In this document: positions 43,312 to 52,426 of the stretch, piece after piece
How positions within the stretch are numbered: the first letter of the stretch is position 1
Layout of the letters: the number at the start of each line of letters is the position of its first letter
Origin: an uncultured Solirubrobacterales bacterium
Lineage (GTDB): Bacteria; Actinomycetota; Thermoleophilia; Solirubrobacterales; 70-9
Reading direction: 5' to 3'
DNA length: 64,000 nucleotides
Assembly (NCBI GenBank): GCA_963705955.1
Contig: CAVPLH010000009.1
Span: 20,893-84,892, forward strand
Position numbers and translations under genes: made by a program
Notes under the pieces: generated by a model
What the model saw: only the letters and a program-made list of their open reading frames with translations
Database searches by the model: none
Told to the model about the DNA's origin: nothing

Positions 43312-46300
43312 TCACGCCGCGGTCGGGTCCATCGAGGGCTCGTCGGACTCGGCGGCGACCGCGCCGTCGCCGTCGGGCTCGGCGTCGGGCGGCAGCTCGC
43401 CGCCGCGATCGGTCCCGGCGATCAGCTCGTCGCTGCGCTTCTCGGCCGGGACGAAGCCGGATTTCATCCCGAAGTAGACCGCCTGCGGATGGTGGGCGAC
43501 GATCGCGGCGGTCGACTGCTCGGGCTCGAGCGCGTAGCCGCCCGAGAGCGAGATCCCGATCTCCCCGAGGCCCAGCAGTCGCTCGACCTTGAGGTGCTCG
43601 TCCTGGTCGGGGCAGGCGGGGTAACCCCAGGAGTAGCGCCGGCCCTGATCGAGATCGATGCCGAGCCCGCGGCGGACTTCGGCGTGAAGCCACTCGGCGG
43701 TCCCCTCGGCGGTTTGGACCCCGAGCCCGTGGACGAAGAGCTGCTCGGCGAACTCGCCTTCGCGCTCGAGCGCGGAGACCCGCTCGGTCACCTCGCTTCC
43801 GACCGTCACGGCCTGCAGCGCGACGACGTCTCGCTCGCCCGAGTCGAGCGGCCTGTAGAAGTCGGCCAGGCAGATCCGGTCGTGGCGCGGCTGGCGCGGG
43901 AAGATGAGCCGCTCGATCTCGCGGTCGTGATCGGCGGGGTCGAAGATCACGAGCTCGTTGCCGTCGGCGTTGCAGGGGAAGTAGCCGAGCTTCGCCCGCG
44001 GGCGCAGATAGTCCTGCTCGGACCACATCCGCTCGAGCTTCGGCGCGAAGCCCTCGTCGCCGTCATGGCCCTCGACGATCCGTCGCCACTCCTCGCCCTT
44101 CTTCCCACGTCCCCCCCAGTGCAGCTTGAAGAGCACGTGGCGGTCGAGGTAGGGGAAGACGTCGTCGAGATCGACCGCGACCTCGCGCACGCCCCAGAAC
44201 GGCGGCTCGGGAATCTCGTTGTCGGTGACCACGGCCGAGCGCACCGAGTCGTCGCTGACCGGCGGCCCCGTGTCCTCGACGGCCGGCTTGTTGCGAAGCT
44301 GGTCCGCCTCGTCGCGGATCTTTGCGACCAGCGACTCCCGCGCCGCCTCGTCGACCAGCGCATCGATCGTGTCGAGGCCGGCGAAGGCGTCCTTGCAGTA
44401 GAAGACGCCCGGCTCGTAGACCTCGTCGGACTCCTTGCCGAGCGGGTAGAGCGCTCGGCGGCCGAAGTCGCGGTTGATCGCCGCACCACCGATCAGCACC
44501 GGATAGGCGAGGCCGCGCTGATGCAGTTCCTGGATGCAGGCAGGCATCTGCTTCGAGGTCGACACCAAGAGCGCCGAGAGCCCGATCGCGTCGGCCTCGT
44601 GCTCGACCGCAGCGTCGATGATCGTCTCGATCGGGACCTGCTTGCCGAGGTCGACGACCGTGTAGCCGTTGTTGGTCAGGATCGTGTTGACCAGCGACTT
44701 GCCGATGTCGTGGACGTCGCCGAACACCGTCGCGATCACGACCTTGCCCTTCGTGTGGCCTTCGATGCGGTCGAGGTAGTTCTCGAGCTGCGCGACGGCG
44801 CGCTTCATCACCTCAGCCGACTGGAGGACGAACGGCAGGATCAGCTCACCGGCGCCGAACTTGTCCCCGACCTCCTTCATCGCGGGCAGGAGGACCTGGT
44901 TCAGGGTCGGGACCGCGCCGATCTTCTCCACCGAGCGGTCGATCTGCTCCTCGACCCCGTCCTTCTTGCGGCGCAGGATGTGCCAGTGAAGCGCCTCCTC
45001 GGGCTCCATCCCCTCGGTCGGGTCGGCGACCTCGTCCTCGTCCTCGTCGCCTTTCGACTCGAAGTGCGCGATGAACCGCTCCAGGGCATCGTCGCGACGG
45101 TTGAAGACGAGGTCGTCGGCAAGCTCGCGCTCGTTCTCGGAGATCTCGCCGTACGGGGTGATGTGGTTCGGGTTGACCATCGCCAGGTCGAGCCCGGCGT
45201 CGACGCAGTGGTGAAGGAAGACCGAATTGAGGACCGCCCGCGCCGGCGGCGAGACGCCGAACGAGACGTTCGAGACGCCGAGCGAGGTCTTCACCCCGGC
45301 GATCTCGGACTTGATCCGGCGGATTCCCTCGATCGTCTCGACCGCCGACGGCCTCCATTCCTCGTCGCCGGTCGTCAGCGTGAAGGTGAGCGCGTCGAAG
45401 ATCAGCGTCTCCGGATCGAGCCCGTGCTCGTCGCACGCGATCCGCTTGATGCGCTCGGCGATCTCGACCTTGCGCTCGGCCGTCTTCGCCATCCCGACCT
45501 CGTCGATCGTCAGCGCGATCAGCGCCGCGCCGTGCGCGCGCGCCAGCGGCACGACCCGGTCGGCCTTGTCGCGCCCGGCCTCGAGGTTGATCGAGTTGAC
45601 GATCGCCCGCCCCGGGATCTGCTCGAGCGCGCCCTCGATCACGCCGGGCTCGGTCGAGTCGATCTGGATCGGCGCCGGCTGGGCGAGCGAGATCCGTTTC
45701 ACGAGCTGCCGCATCTGCTCGTCCTCGTCCTGGCGCTCGGTCAGAGCGACGCAGACGTCGAGCACGTGGGCGCCGCCGTTGACCTGGTCCTCCGCGATCT
45801 GGACGAGGCCGTCGTAGTCGTCGGCGAGCAAGAGCTCCTTCGCCCTGCGCGAGCCCTGCGAGTTGACCCGCTCGCCGACCAGGGTCGGGCGCGGCTCCTG
45901 GACGAGGTCGGCGGCGGTCATCATCGAGCTCACCGACGCCGGGCCCTTCGCGGGCCGGCCCTCGGGGACGTGGCCCGAGACCCGCTCGGCGATCGCCCGT
46001 ATGTGCTCGGGGGTGGTCCCGCAGCAGCCGCCGACGATCGAGACCCCGTGGCGCTCGACGAACTCGCCGAGCAGGTTCGAGATCTGCTCCGGGGTCTCGG
46101 GGAAGATCGTCTCGCCCTCCGGGCCCTGGAGGGGCAGGCCGGCATTCGGGATGCAGTGAACGGGCAGCGGCGAGTGCTCTCCGAGGTAGCGGATCGCGTC
46201 CCGCATGTCCTCGGGCCCGGTCGAGCAGTTGAGCCCGATCACGTCCACCTGGAGTGCCGTGAGGGTCGTCAGGACCGCGGCGATGTCCGTCCCGAGCAGC

Positions 46301-46944
46301 ATCTTGCCGCCCTGCGGGAGCAGCGAGACCGAGGCCTGAATCGGCAGCGAGCGGCCGGCCCGGGCGAACGCCTCGCGGGCGCCGAAGATCGAGGCCTTGA
46401 CCTCGAGCAGGTCCTGCGCCGTCTCGATGATGATCAGGTCGGCGCCGCCCTCGACCAGCCCGAGCGCCTGCTCGGTGAAGACCTCGACCAGCTCGCCGAA
46501 CGAGATCGCGCCCAGGGTCGGATCGTCGGACGCCGGCAGGTAGCCGGTCGGCCCGATCGAGCCGGCGACGAACCGGCTCTCGCCCGCGGCCTGGCGGGCG
46601 ATCTCCGCCGCGCGGCGATTGATCTCGGGGGTCTCGTCGGCGAGCCCCCACTCGTCGAGCTTCAGCCGCGAGCCCTGGAAGGTGTCCGTCTCGACGACCT
46701 GCGCGCCGGCCTCCAGCATCGAGGCGTGGACCCCCTCGATGACGTCGGGCCGGTGGAGCACGAGCGCCTCGTGGCACTTACCGGCGAGCCCGCCGTAGTC
46801 GTCGCTGGTCAGCTCGAACTGCTCCAGCGTCGCACCCATGCCGCCGTCGAAGACGACCACGCGCTCGCGTGCGGCTGCGAGGAAGTCTCGGTCTGGATTG
46901 GCGGGCAGTGATCTCACCTCCATCGATCCCGGCTGTCGCACCAT
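43312..46944 (-). CDS. metH: cobalamin-dependent methionine synthase
   Basis: 1210-aa ORF with the full domain order: Hcy-binding (VVVFDGGMGA), pterin-binding, B12-binding (GDVHDIGK), AdoMet-activation domain. Start is ATG 46944 (GGAG SD) or ATG 46923. Confidence 0.95.
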   Translation of the reverse strand: MVRQPGSMEVRSLPANPDRDFLAAARERVVVFDGGMGATLEQFELTSDDYGGLAGKCHEALVLHRPDVIEGVHASMLEAGAQVVETDTFQGSRLKLDEWGLADETPEINRRAAEIARQAAGESRFVAGSIGPTGYLPASDDPTLGAISFGELVEVFTEQALGLVEGGADLIIIETAQDLLEVKASIFGAREAFARAGRSLPIQASVSLLPQGGKMLLGTDIAAVLTTLTALQVDVIGLNCSTGPEDMRDAIRYLGEHSPLPVHCIPNAGLPLQGPEGETIFPETPEQISNLLGEFVERHGVSIVGGCCGTTPEHIRAIAERVSGHVPEGRPAKGPASVSSMMTAADLVQEPRPTLVGERVNSQGSRRAKELLLADDYDGLVQIAEDQVNGGAHVLDVCVALTERQDEDEQMRQLVKRISLAQPAPIQIDSTEPGVIEGALEQIPGRAIVNSINLEAGRDKADRVVPLARAHGAALIALTIDEVGMAKTAERKVEIAERIKRIACDEHGLDPETLIFDALTFTLTTGDEEWRPSAVETIEGIRRIKSEIAGVKTSLGVSNVSFGVSPPARAVLNSVFLHHCVDAGLDLAMVNPNHITPYGEISENERELADDLVFNRRDDALERFIAHFESKGDEDEDEVADPTEGMEPEEALHWHILRRKKDGVEEQIDRSVEKIGAVPTLNQVLLPAMKEVGDKFGAGELILPFVLQSAEVMKRAVAQLENYLDRIEGHTKGKVVIATVFGDVHDIGKSLVNTILTNNGYTVVDLGKQVPIETIIDAAVEHEADAIGLSALLVSTSKQMPACIQELHQRGLAYPVLIGGAAINRDFGRRALYPLGKESDEVYEPGVFYCKDAFAGLDTIDALVDEAARESLVAKIRDEADQLRNKPAVEDTGPPVSDDSVRSAVVTDNEIPEPPFWGVREVAVDLDDVFPYLDRHVLFKLHWGGRGKKGEEWRRIVEGHDGDEGFAPKLERMWSEQDYLRPRAKLGYFPCNADGNELVIFDPADHDREIERLIFPRQPRHDRICLADFYRPLDSGERDVVALQAVTVGSEVTERVSALEREGEFAEQLFVHGLGVQTAEGTAEWLHAEVRRGLGIDLDQGRRYSWGYPACPDQDEHLKVERLLGLGEIGISLSGGYALEPEQSTAAIVAHHPQAVYFGMKSGFVPAEKRSDELIAGTDRGGELPPDAEPDGDGAVAAESDEPSMDPTAA

Positions 46945-47017
46945 GCCTTGCTCCGGGGAGTTCGGTGGTTGCGGCGGCTTCTGTGGTCCGGGTCCCTCGG
47001 CCGCTCTGGATGGTCAG
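46920..47017 (-). promoter_or_regulatory. candidate SAM riboswitch (SAM-I-like binding core, apparently P4-less) in the metH leader
   Basis: Minus-strand RNA CCAUCCAGAGCGGCCGAGGGACCCGGACCACAGAAGCCGCCGCAACC aligns with the S-box core AUC.AGAG.GG..GAGGGA..GGCCC...GAA.CC..GCAACC. CGCAACC can pair with GGUGCG, which overlaps AUG-GUG of metH. CCAUC can pair with the downstream GAUGG. Confidence 0.5.
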
Positions 47018-47041
47018 CGAAGGATAGCGGGGCGCCGCGGC

Positions 47042-48238
47042 TCAGTTTTCGGTCGCCCGTGCCGACCGCAGCCGGGCGGGAGCCGCCGAGAGCGCGCGCA
47101 GGCGCATGTCCTGCCAGCTGACACCCTCGCGGACCAGGGCCGGCAGCCCGAGTGCGACCGCGGTCGCGATCTCGACCGCCTGCAGGATCACGCCGTAGGC
47201 GAGCGCGTCCGCCTGGCTGACGCCGAAGCCGGTGGTCAGGACGCTCATCGTCGCGAGCTGGAAGATGCCGATGTTCGAGGGCGTCGCCGGGATCACCGCG
47301 GTGACGTTGACCGCGAACAGGACGGCGGCGGCGGCGCCGATCCCGATCTGCGGATTGCTGTCGAGCCCGAGCGCCGTGAACAGCGCGAAGCAGGCCAGGA
47401 GCTGCACGCCCCAGGCGGCAATCTGGAGCAGCGCCGCCTCGGCGCCGTGGCGGGGGTCGCGGAAGACGCGGAGGCCGGTACGCACCTTGACCAGGGCGCT
47501 GCGGATCGCGGCGATCGCCCGGGCCACCCGGCCGGAGCCGCTCTGGCGGACGACGCTGGGCGCGAGCAGGACCGCGACCAGGAGCAGGAGCGGCGCGAAG
47601 CTGAACACGAACAGCCGCTCGGAGCTCGAGTGGAAGAGGTCGGTCGAGGCGATGATCACGACGCCGAGCCCGACCAGGGCGGCGATGTTGAGCACGGTCT
47701 GCGAGACCAGGGTGCCGAGCAGCACCGGGAAGGTCTCGCGCATCCGGCCGGTACGCCGGGAGAGGACCATCGCGCGCGCCGGCTCGCCGAGGCGGGCCGG
47801 CAGGGTGGCGGACATCAGAACCCCGATCATCGTCGCCGAGGCGACGTCACGGCGGCGGAGCGGGTTGCGGGGGAGCGCCGCGCGCGCGATCTCGAACCAC
47901 GAGTTGGCGCGCAAGAACATCGAGGCGACCATCAGCGCGGTCGCCACCAGCACCCAGGTCGAGTCCGAGCGGACGATGCTGGAGACGACGTTGTCGACGC
48001 CGATCCGCCGCGCGGCGATCAAGGTGAGACCGACGCCGAGCACGCCCGCAGCGCACGATCGCGACCCGGCGCGCGATCCGATGGCTGCCGGCGGCTGCCG
48101 CGGGGGCGGGGTCGAGCGACGGGAGCCGCCGCGCGGGAGCCCGGGGGGCGCCGTCGGCCGAGACGAGGCCGAGGCGGCGGGAGACGCGTTCGGTCCCGGT
48201 AGCGGGCTCCGGGGTTGCGATCGCGCGCTCGTAGACAC
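47042..48238 (-). CDS. flippase-like / lysylphosphatidylglycerol-synthase TM-region family (UPF0104) membrane protein; true start unclear, probably fused to the upstream GT4
   Basis: About 8 TM segments from ...CAAGVLGVGLTLIAARRIGVDNVV onward. The tracked N-terminal 60 aa are Pro/Ser/Arg-rich and overlap the GT4 gene in another frame. Confidence 0.7.
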   Translation of the reverse strand: MSTSARSQPRSPLPGPNASPAASASSRPTAPPGLPRGGSRRSTPPPRQPPAAIGSRAGSRSCAAGVLGVGLTLIAARRIGVDNVVSSIVRSDSTWVLVATALMVASMFLRANSWFEIARAALPRNPLRRRDVASATMIGVLMSATLPARLGEPARAMVLSRRTGRMRETFPVLLGTLVSQTVLNIAALVGLGVVIIASTDLFHSSSERLFVFSFAPLLLLVAVLLAPSVVRQSGSGRVARAIAAIRSALVKVRTGLRVFRDPRHGAEAALLQIAAWGVQLLACFALFTALGLDSNPQIGIGAAAAVLFAVNVTAVIPATPSNIGIFQLATMSVLTTGFGVSQADALAYGVILQAVEIATAVALGLPALVREGVSWQDMRLRALSAAPARLRSARATEN

Positions 48239-49343
48239 CCTCGACGCGGGAAGCCACCAAGGGCCAGGCGTAACGCTGCGCCGACTCGCGGGCCGCCTCG
48301 CCCATCTCGGCGAGGCGCGCCGGCGCGACGCTCAGCGCTTGGAGCTCCTCGGCAAGGCTCTGGGCGTCTGCCGGGGGGACCAGGATCCCGTCGTGGCGGT
48401 CGGTGACGACGTCGGCGTAGCCGGCGATGTTCGAGGCGATCACCGGTGTTCCGGCGGCGAACGCCTCGGTCAGGACCATGCCGAAGCTCTCCCCGGCGAG
48501 CGACGGCGCGCAGAGCAGATCGGCCTCGTGGAGGCGCAGCCAGAGCTCGTCGGAGTCGACGTGGCCGAGCGTCTCGATCTTCGAGAGCGCCTCGGAGTCG
48601 CCGAGAAAGCGGGTGATCTCGCCGCGGCCTGTCCCGACGACGGTCAGCCGGGCGCGTTCGTGCTCGACCAGCGCCTCGAACGCCTTCAGCAGGACCGGCA
48701 GGCCCTTGCGTTCCTCGGGCCTGCCGACGAAGAGCAGGCGCAGCTCATCCGACGGCGGCTTCGGTCCGACCGGAGGAGCGTCGAGCTCGACCCCGTTCGG
48801 GATCACGTCGTAGTGGCCGCCGAACCATCTGCGCCCGGTCCACGCGGCGGCCTCCGAAACCGCGATCCGCGCCGAGAGCTGGTTGAACTTTCGCCGCGCG
48901 CCGAACAGCGTGGCGAGGTGGTTCGGGATCGCCTTCGTCGAGTAGGCATGGAAGGTCCCGACCACGGGGGCGTCCGGGTACGAACAGGCATCCCAGGAGG
49001 CCGTGGGCACGAGCGGCTCGTGGGCGTGGACGACGTCGGGCGCGAAGGCGCGCAGCTCGCGCCGCAGCCTCGTGATCCCGTCCGGGAAGATGCTGATGTT
49101 GGAGACGGCGCCGTTGGCTCCGAAGCCCTTGGTGCGTCCGAGCGGTACCAGGTACTCGGGCACCTGCCGGGCTTCCGGATCGGCACGGTGAAGCAGCCGG
49201 CTGAGCCGGTCGGGCGGATCCAGGGGGGCAAGCACGCGAAGCTCGTGGCCGCGGTCTGCGAGCTCCGCGGCCAGCGCCTCGACGTGCCTGTTGACGCCCC
49301 CCGGATACGTCCACGAGTAGGGCGTCACTATGGCTACGCGCAC
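47847..49343 (-). CDS. family-4 glycosyltransferase (PimA-like); the recognisable domain ends near 48200 and the rest of the ORF is out-of-frame overlap with the next gene
   Basis: MRVAIVTPYSWTYPGGVNRHVEALA..., GESFGMVLTEAFAAGTPVIASNIAGYADVV (GT4 E-x7-E region). No stop until 47847. Confidence 0.8.
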   Translation of the reverse strand: MRVAIVTPYSWTYPGGVNRHVEALAAELADRGHELRVLAPLDPPDRLSRLLHRADPEARQVPEYLVPLGRTKGFGANGAVSNISIFPDGITRLRRELRAFAPDVVHAHEPLVPTASWDACSYPDAPVVGTFHAYSTKAIPNHLATLFGARRKFNQLSARIAVSEAAAWTGRRWFGGHYDVIPNGVELDAPPVGPKPPSDELRLLFVGRPEERKGLPVLLKAFEALVEHERARLTVVGTGRGEITRFLGDSEALSKIETLGHVDSDELWLRLHEADLLCAPSLAGESFGMVLTEAFAAGTPVIASNIAGYADVVTDRHDGILVPPADAQSLAEELQALSVAPARLAEMGEAARESAQRYAWPLVASRVEGVYERAIATPEPATGTERVSRRLGLVSADGAPRAPARRLPSLDPAPAAAAGSHRIARRVAIVRCGRARRRSHLDRRAADRRRQRRLQHRPLGLDLGAGGDRADGRLDVLARQLVVRDRARGAPPQPAPPP

Positions 49344-49360
49344 ACGTCAATCGTACCCAT

Positions 49361-51196
49361 TCACTCAGCGGGCCGACCGGAACGCCGTTCGCCGGCACCC
49401 GAGCGGCCAGTCGCCCAGAAGAATCCGGCGGCGACCGAGACGTAGATCACGCCGATCACGAGCAGGACCGAGCCGGAGTCGTTGGCGACGGTTCCGACGA
49501 GCATCCCGGCCACCGCGCCGAGGAATCCGCATCTGGCAGCCCAGCGGTCGCCGAACCACCCCAGCACCCGATCGCGCATCACGATTCCCAGTGCCAGAAG
49601 CAGGATCGCCGGTCCGAGCAGCAGCGGGTAGACGGGGTGCGTGAACGTGTGCGCCATCAGCGTCACCCGGCGGTCGAGGACGTCGAGGACGTCGGCCGCG
49701 CCGCCGGCATCGAGGACCGAGCGACTCAGATGAGCGCCGCCGAGCAGCAGATCGACTGCGAACAGCGCAGCCAGCGCCAGCGCCCCACCTCCGACGACCA
49801 CGAGCGCGGCACGGCGGGGACCGAGGCCGAGCGCGAGCACCGCCGCGGTCGCCGCGCCGACCGCGAGCACGATCGCCGCGCCGACGTCGGCACCGAAGCG
49901 GCCGGGCGCAAGCGCAGCGGCGACGACCACTGCGACGCCGACGAACCAGAGCGCCGCCGAGCGCCGTTCGACCGGGGCGCGGGCCTCGAGGAAGGCGCCG
50001 GTGCCGATCAGGGTCAGAGCCGCCAGTACCGCCTCGAGCTCGTTGCCGATCCCGAAGAACCGGACCCCCCCGCCCGGGTTCGGTCCGAGCACCGAGAACG
50101 CGGTCAGATGAGAGCCGAGCACGACGTCGACCGCGTAGGCGAGAACCGAGGCGGCGCAGGCGAGTGCCAGCCCGCTGCAGCCCGGGACGGCACGGTCGCC
50201 GGCGACGGCGAGCGCCGCGGCGCCGAGTCCGACGATCAGCGCCGAGGCGAGCTCGCCCGCGTCCGGCGCCGCGGCCGCGAGCAGCATCAGCGGCGCCCAG
50301 GCGAGGGCCAGCGCCAGCAGGCGCAAGGCCACCTGCGCACCGCGACGGCGCCAGATCAGCGTCGCGAGCGCGCAGATCAGCAGCCAGACGCAGAGCGGCA
50401 GCAGGACCACGGTGTCGCGGCTGGGTCGATGCTCGAGCCTCGACTGAAGGTCGGCGACAGCGGCCGGATCGCGCTCGGACTCCGAGCTGATCACGCTCCC
50501 GTTCATCTGGTCGGGAGCGTCGAGGCCGAGGCGGTCGAGGACGGTCGGCGCGAGGTCGGTGGAGACGACGAGGCCATCGGTCCTCGTCGAGGACGAAGTC
50601 AGGTCGCCGTCGAAACCGGGCCCGGCGATCCCGGCAGGCAACAGCTCCTGCTGTGCTCGGGCGCCGGCCGCGAACGCGATCAGGGTGTCGTCCGGCCGCA
50701 GCGCGCGAGCGAGGTCTCGCAGCTCGGAGAGCCGCGGCCGCAGGACGCTCAGTCCCGGACCGCATCCCCGCTCACAAGCGCCCCCGCGGGCGATTCGCGC
50801 AGCGCCCTCGCCGTCCACGGCGACCAGGGTCGCGAGGCCGCTGTCCGGCTCCGCGGCAACGGGGACGCCGGCCTGCTCGAGCGTCGTCGCGAGCAGGCCC
50901 GGAACGATGTTCGCGGGGGCGCTGTCGGCGCGCTCGAGCACCTGCCGCCAGAGTCGGTTCGGGACCCTGCCGTTGCGCACGTAGAGGTACGGGAGGTCGC
51001 GGTCGTAGAGGCTTTCGTTGACCCGGTTGCCCTGTCCGATGTCGAGGAATGTCTGCGCGACCGGGACGGTTCCGAGGCCGGCGCTGATCAGCCCCGGCGC
51101 GAGCCCGGGCACGTTCGCGATCTGCTCGACCGTGGTCCCGAACGGCAGCACCGCGATCACCACCCTGCCGTCGGCCGGCGCGGCGTCCTCCGCCAC
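49361..51196 (-). CDS. large membrane protein: ~260-aa extracytoplasmic N-domain plus ~10 TM helices, unknown function; may start at 51287 with a frameshift
   Basis: 611-aa ORF (GTG 51196). An upstream neighbouring frame encodes VNFANVRSATKAILAALVVLL, which joins FATLAGPAGAVAEDAAP... to form a signal peptide if one base near 51224-51230 is removed. Confidence 0.7.
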   Translation of the reverse strand: MAEDAAPADGRVVIAVLPFGTTVEQIANVPGLAPGLISAGLGTVPVAQTFLDIGQGNRVNESLYDRDLPYLYVRNGRVPNRLWRQVLERADSAPANIVPGLLATTLEQAGVPVAAEPDSGLATLVAVDGEGAARIARGGACERGCGPGLSVLRPRLSELRDLARALRPDDTLIAFAAGARAQQELLPAGIAGPGFDGDLTSSSTRTDGLVVSTDLAPTVLDRLGLDAPDQMNGSVISSESERDPAAVADLQSRLEHRPSRDTVVLLPLCVWLLICALATLIWRRRGAQVALRLLALALAWAPLMLLAAAAPDAGELASALIVGLGAAALAVAGDRAVPGCSGLALACAASVLAYAVDVVLGSHLTAFSVLGPNPGGGVRFFGIGNELEAVLAALTLIGTGAFLEARAPVERRSAALWFVGVAVVVAAALAPGRFGADVGAAIVLAVGAATAAVLALGLGPRRAALVVVGGGALALAALFAVDLLLGGAHLSRSVLDAGGAADVLDVLDRRVTLMAHTFTHPVYPLLLGPAILLLALGIVMRDRVLGWFGDRWAARCGFLGAVAGMLVGTVANDSGSVLLVIGVIYVSVAAGFFWATGRSGAGERRSGRPAE

Positions 51197-51258
51197 CGCA
51201 CCGGCCGGCCCGGCAAGCGTCGCGAAGCAGCACGACGAGTGCCGCTAGGATCGCCTTC

Positions 51259-51954
51259 GTGGCCGATCGGACGTTTGCGAAGTTCACGTTCTTGAAGCTG
51301 GATCCGGCATGGCAGCGCCGCGAGCCGGAGGCGCGCGCGGAGGATAAACGGGAGTTCCTGGCGGCCTGCGAGGACTTCGCCGTAGACCGCAGCCTGCGGG
51401 CCTACTCGACGGTCGGGACGCGCGGCGACACCGATCTGATGCTGCTCGCCCAGAGCCCGACCCTGTCCGACATCCACACCTTCCACGTCGTGCTGGCGCA
51501 GAGCGGGCTCGCGAAGTGGATGACGATCCCGCATTCCTACCTGGCGATGACGAAGCGCTCGCCCTACTCCGAAGCCGCGGCGAGGCCCGAGATCTGCCAG
51601 TCGGAGCGCAAGTACTGCATCGTCTACCCGCTCGACAAGCGCCGCGACTGGTATCGCCTGCCGCTCGAGGAGCGACGCCGGGTGATGGAGGAGCACATCG
51701 AGATCGGCCGCAGCTACCCGGAGATCACGATCAACACCGCGTACTCCTTCGGTCTCGACGACCAGGAGTTCGTCGTCTCGTTCGAGTGCGACGACCCGGG
51801 ACGCTTCCTCGACCTCGTCCAGGAGCTGCGCGGCTCGGAGTCGAGCGCGTTCACGCTCCGGGACACGCCGATCTTCACCTGTATCGCGATGTCGACCGGG
51901 CGCGCCCTCGACGCGCTCGACGGCGCCGCGACCTCGCGCGCGGCGCTCGCCTGA
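51259..51954 (+). CDS. hemQ: coproheme decarboxylase / chlorite-dismutase-family protein
   Basis: 231-aa ORF with GTG start. ...CIVYPLDKRRDWYRLPLEERRRVMEEHIEIGR... and the overall length are typical of actinobacterial HemQ. Confidence 0.85.
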   Translation: MADRTFAKFTFLKLDPAWQRREPEARAEDKREFLAACEDFAVDRSLRAYSTVGTRGDTDLMLLAQSPTLSDIHTFHVVLAQSGLAKWMTIPHSYLAMTKRSPYSEAAARPEICQSERKYCIVYPLDKRRDWYRLPLEERRRVMEEHIEIGRSYPEITINTAYSFGLDDQEFVVSFECDDPGRFLDLVQELRGSESSAFTLRDTPIFTCIAMSTGRALDALDGAATSRAALA

Positions 51955-51968
51955 ACCGCGCTCGCTGC

Positions 51969-52385
51969 CTAGAAGAGGTGCACGGTCTGCGCCGAGAGCT
52001 TGAAGCCGTGGTCGTTGCGCAGGTTCACGCAGCGAACGCCGCTCTGCTTGCTCGCGCAGCGAAACCGCCCGCGGACGACGCGGTGGCCGTAGCGGAGCGT
52101 CCGGGCGCCGGGGTCGAAGACCGTGTCGCCGGCGCAGACGTAGCTGGCGGGCCGGTCGCGCTTGCCGACCGCGACTCCGCCGCCGTAGTCGACGTCGCAG
52201 TTCGGGGGCTTCGGCGGGGTCGGCCACTGGTGATTCTTGATGTCACAGCGAGCCCCCTTGCCGTAGATCAAGCAGCCGATGTTGCCGCTCGGCGTCTGGA
52301 AGAAGGTCATCTTGGCCGCAGCCGTCGACGCCAGGGTCGCGGAGGCCACCAAGCAGAGCACCAAGGAGATCGTCAGTCGCTTCAT
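51969..52385 (-). CDS. secreted Cys-rich protein, unknown function
   Basis: 138-aa ORF. Signal peptide MKRLTISLVLCLVASATLASTAAA. Seven Cys in the mature part. Confidence 0.7.
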   Translation of the reverse strand: MKRLTISLVLCLVASATLASTAAAKMTFFQTPSGNIGCLIYGKGARCDIKNHQWPTPPKPPNCDVDYGGGVAVGKRDRPASYVCAGDTVFDPGARTLRYGHRVVRGRFRCASKQSGVRCVNLRNDHGFKLSAQTVHLF

Positions 52386-52426
52386 GGCATCACCCTAATC
52401 GCGATCTCGGTCGGCGCAACCCCGAG

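Noticed and set aside
43489-46911. 1140-aa plus-strand ORF
   Set aside because: Fully antisense to metH, whose product is unmistakable. The composition (Arg/Asp/Leu/Val-rich, no motifs) is typical of a shadow frame in high-GC DNA.
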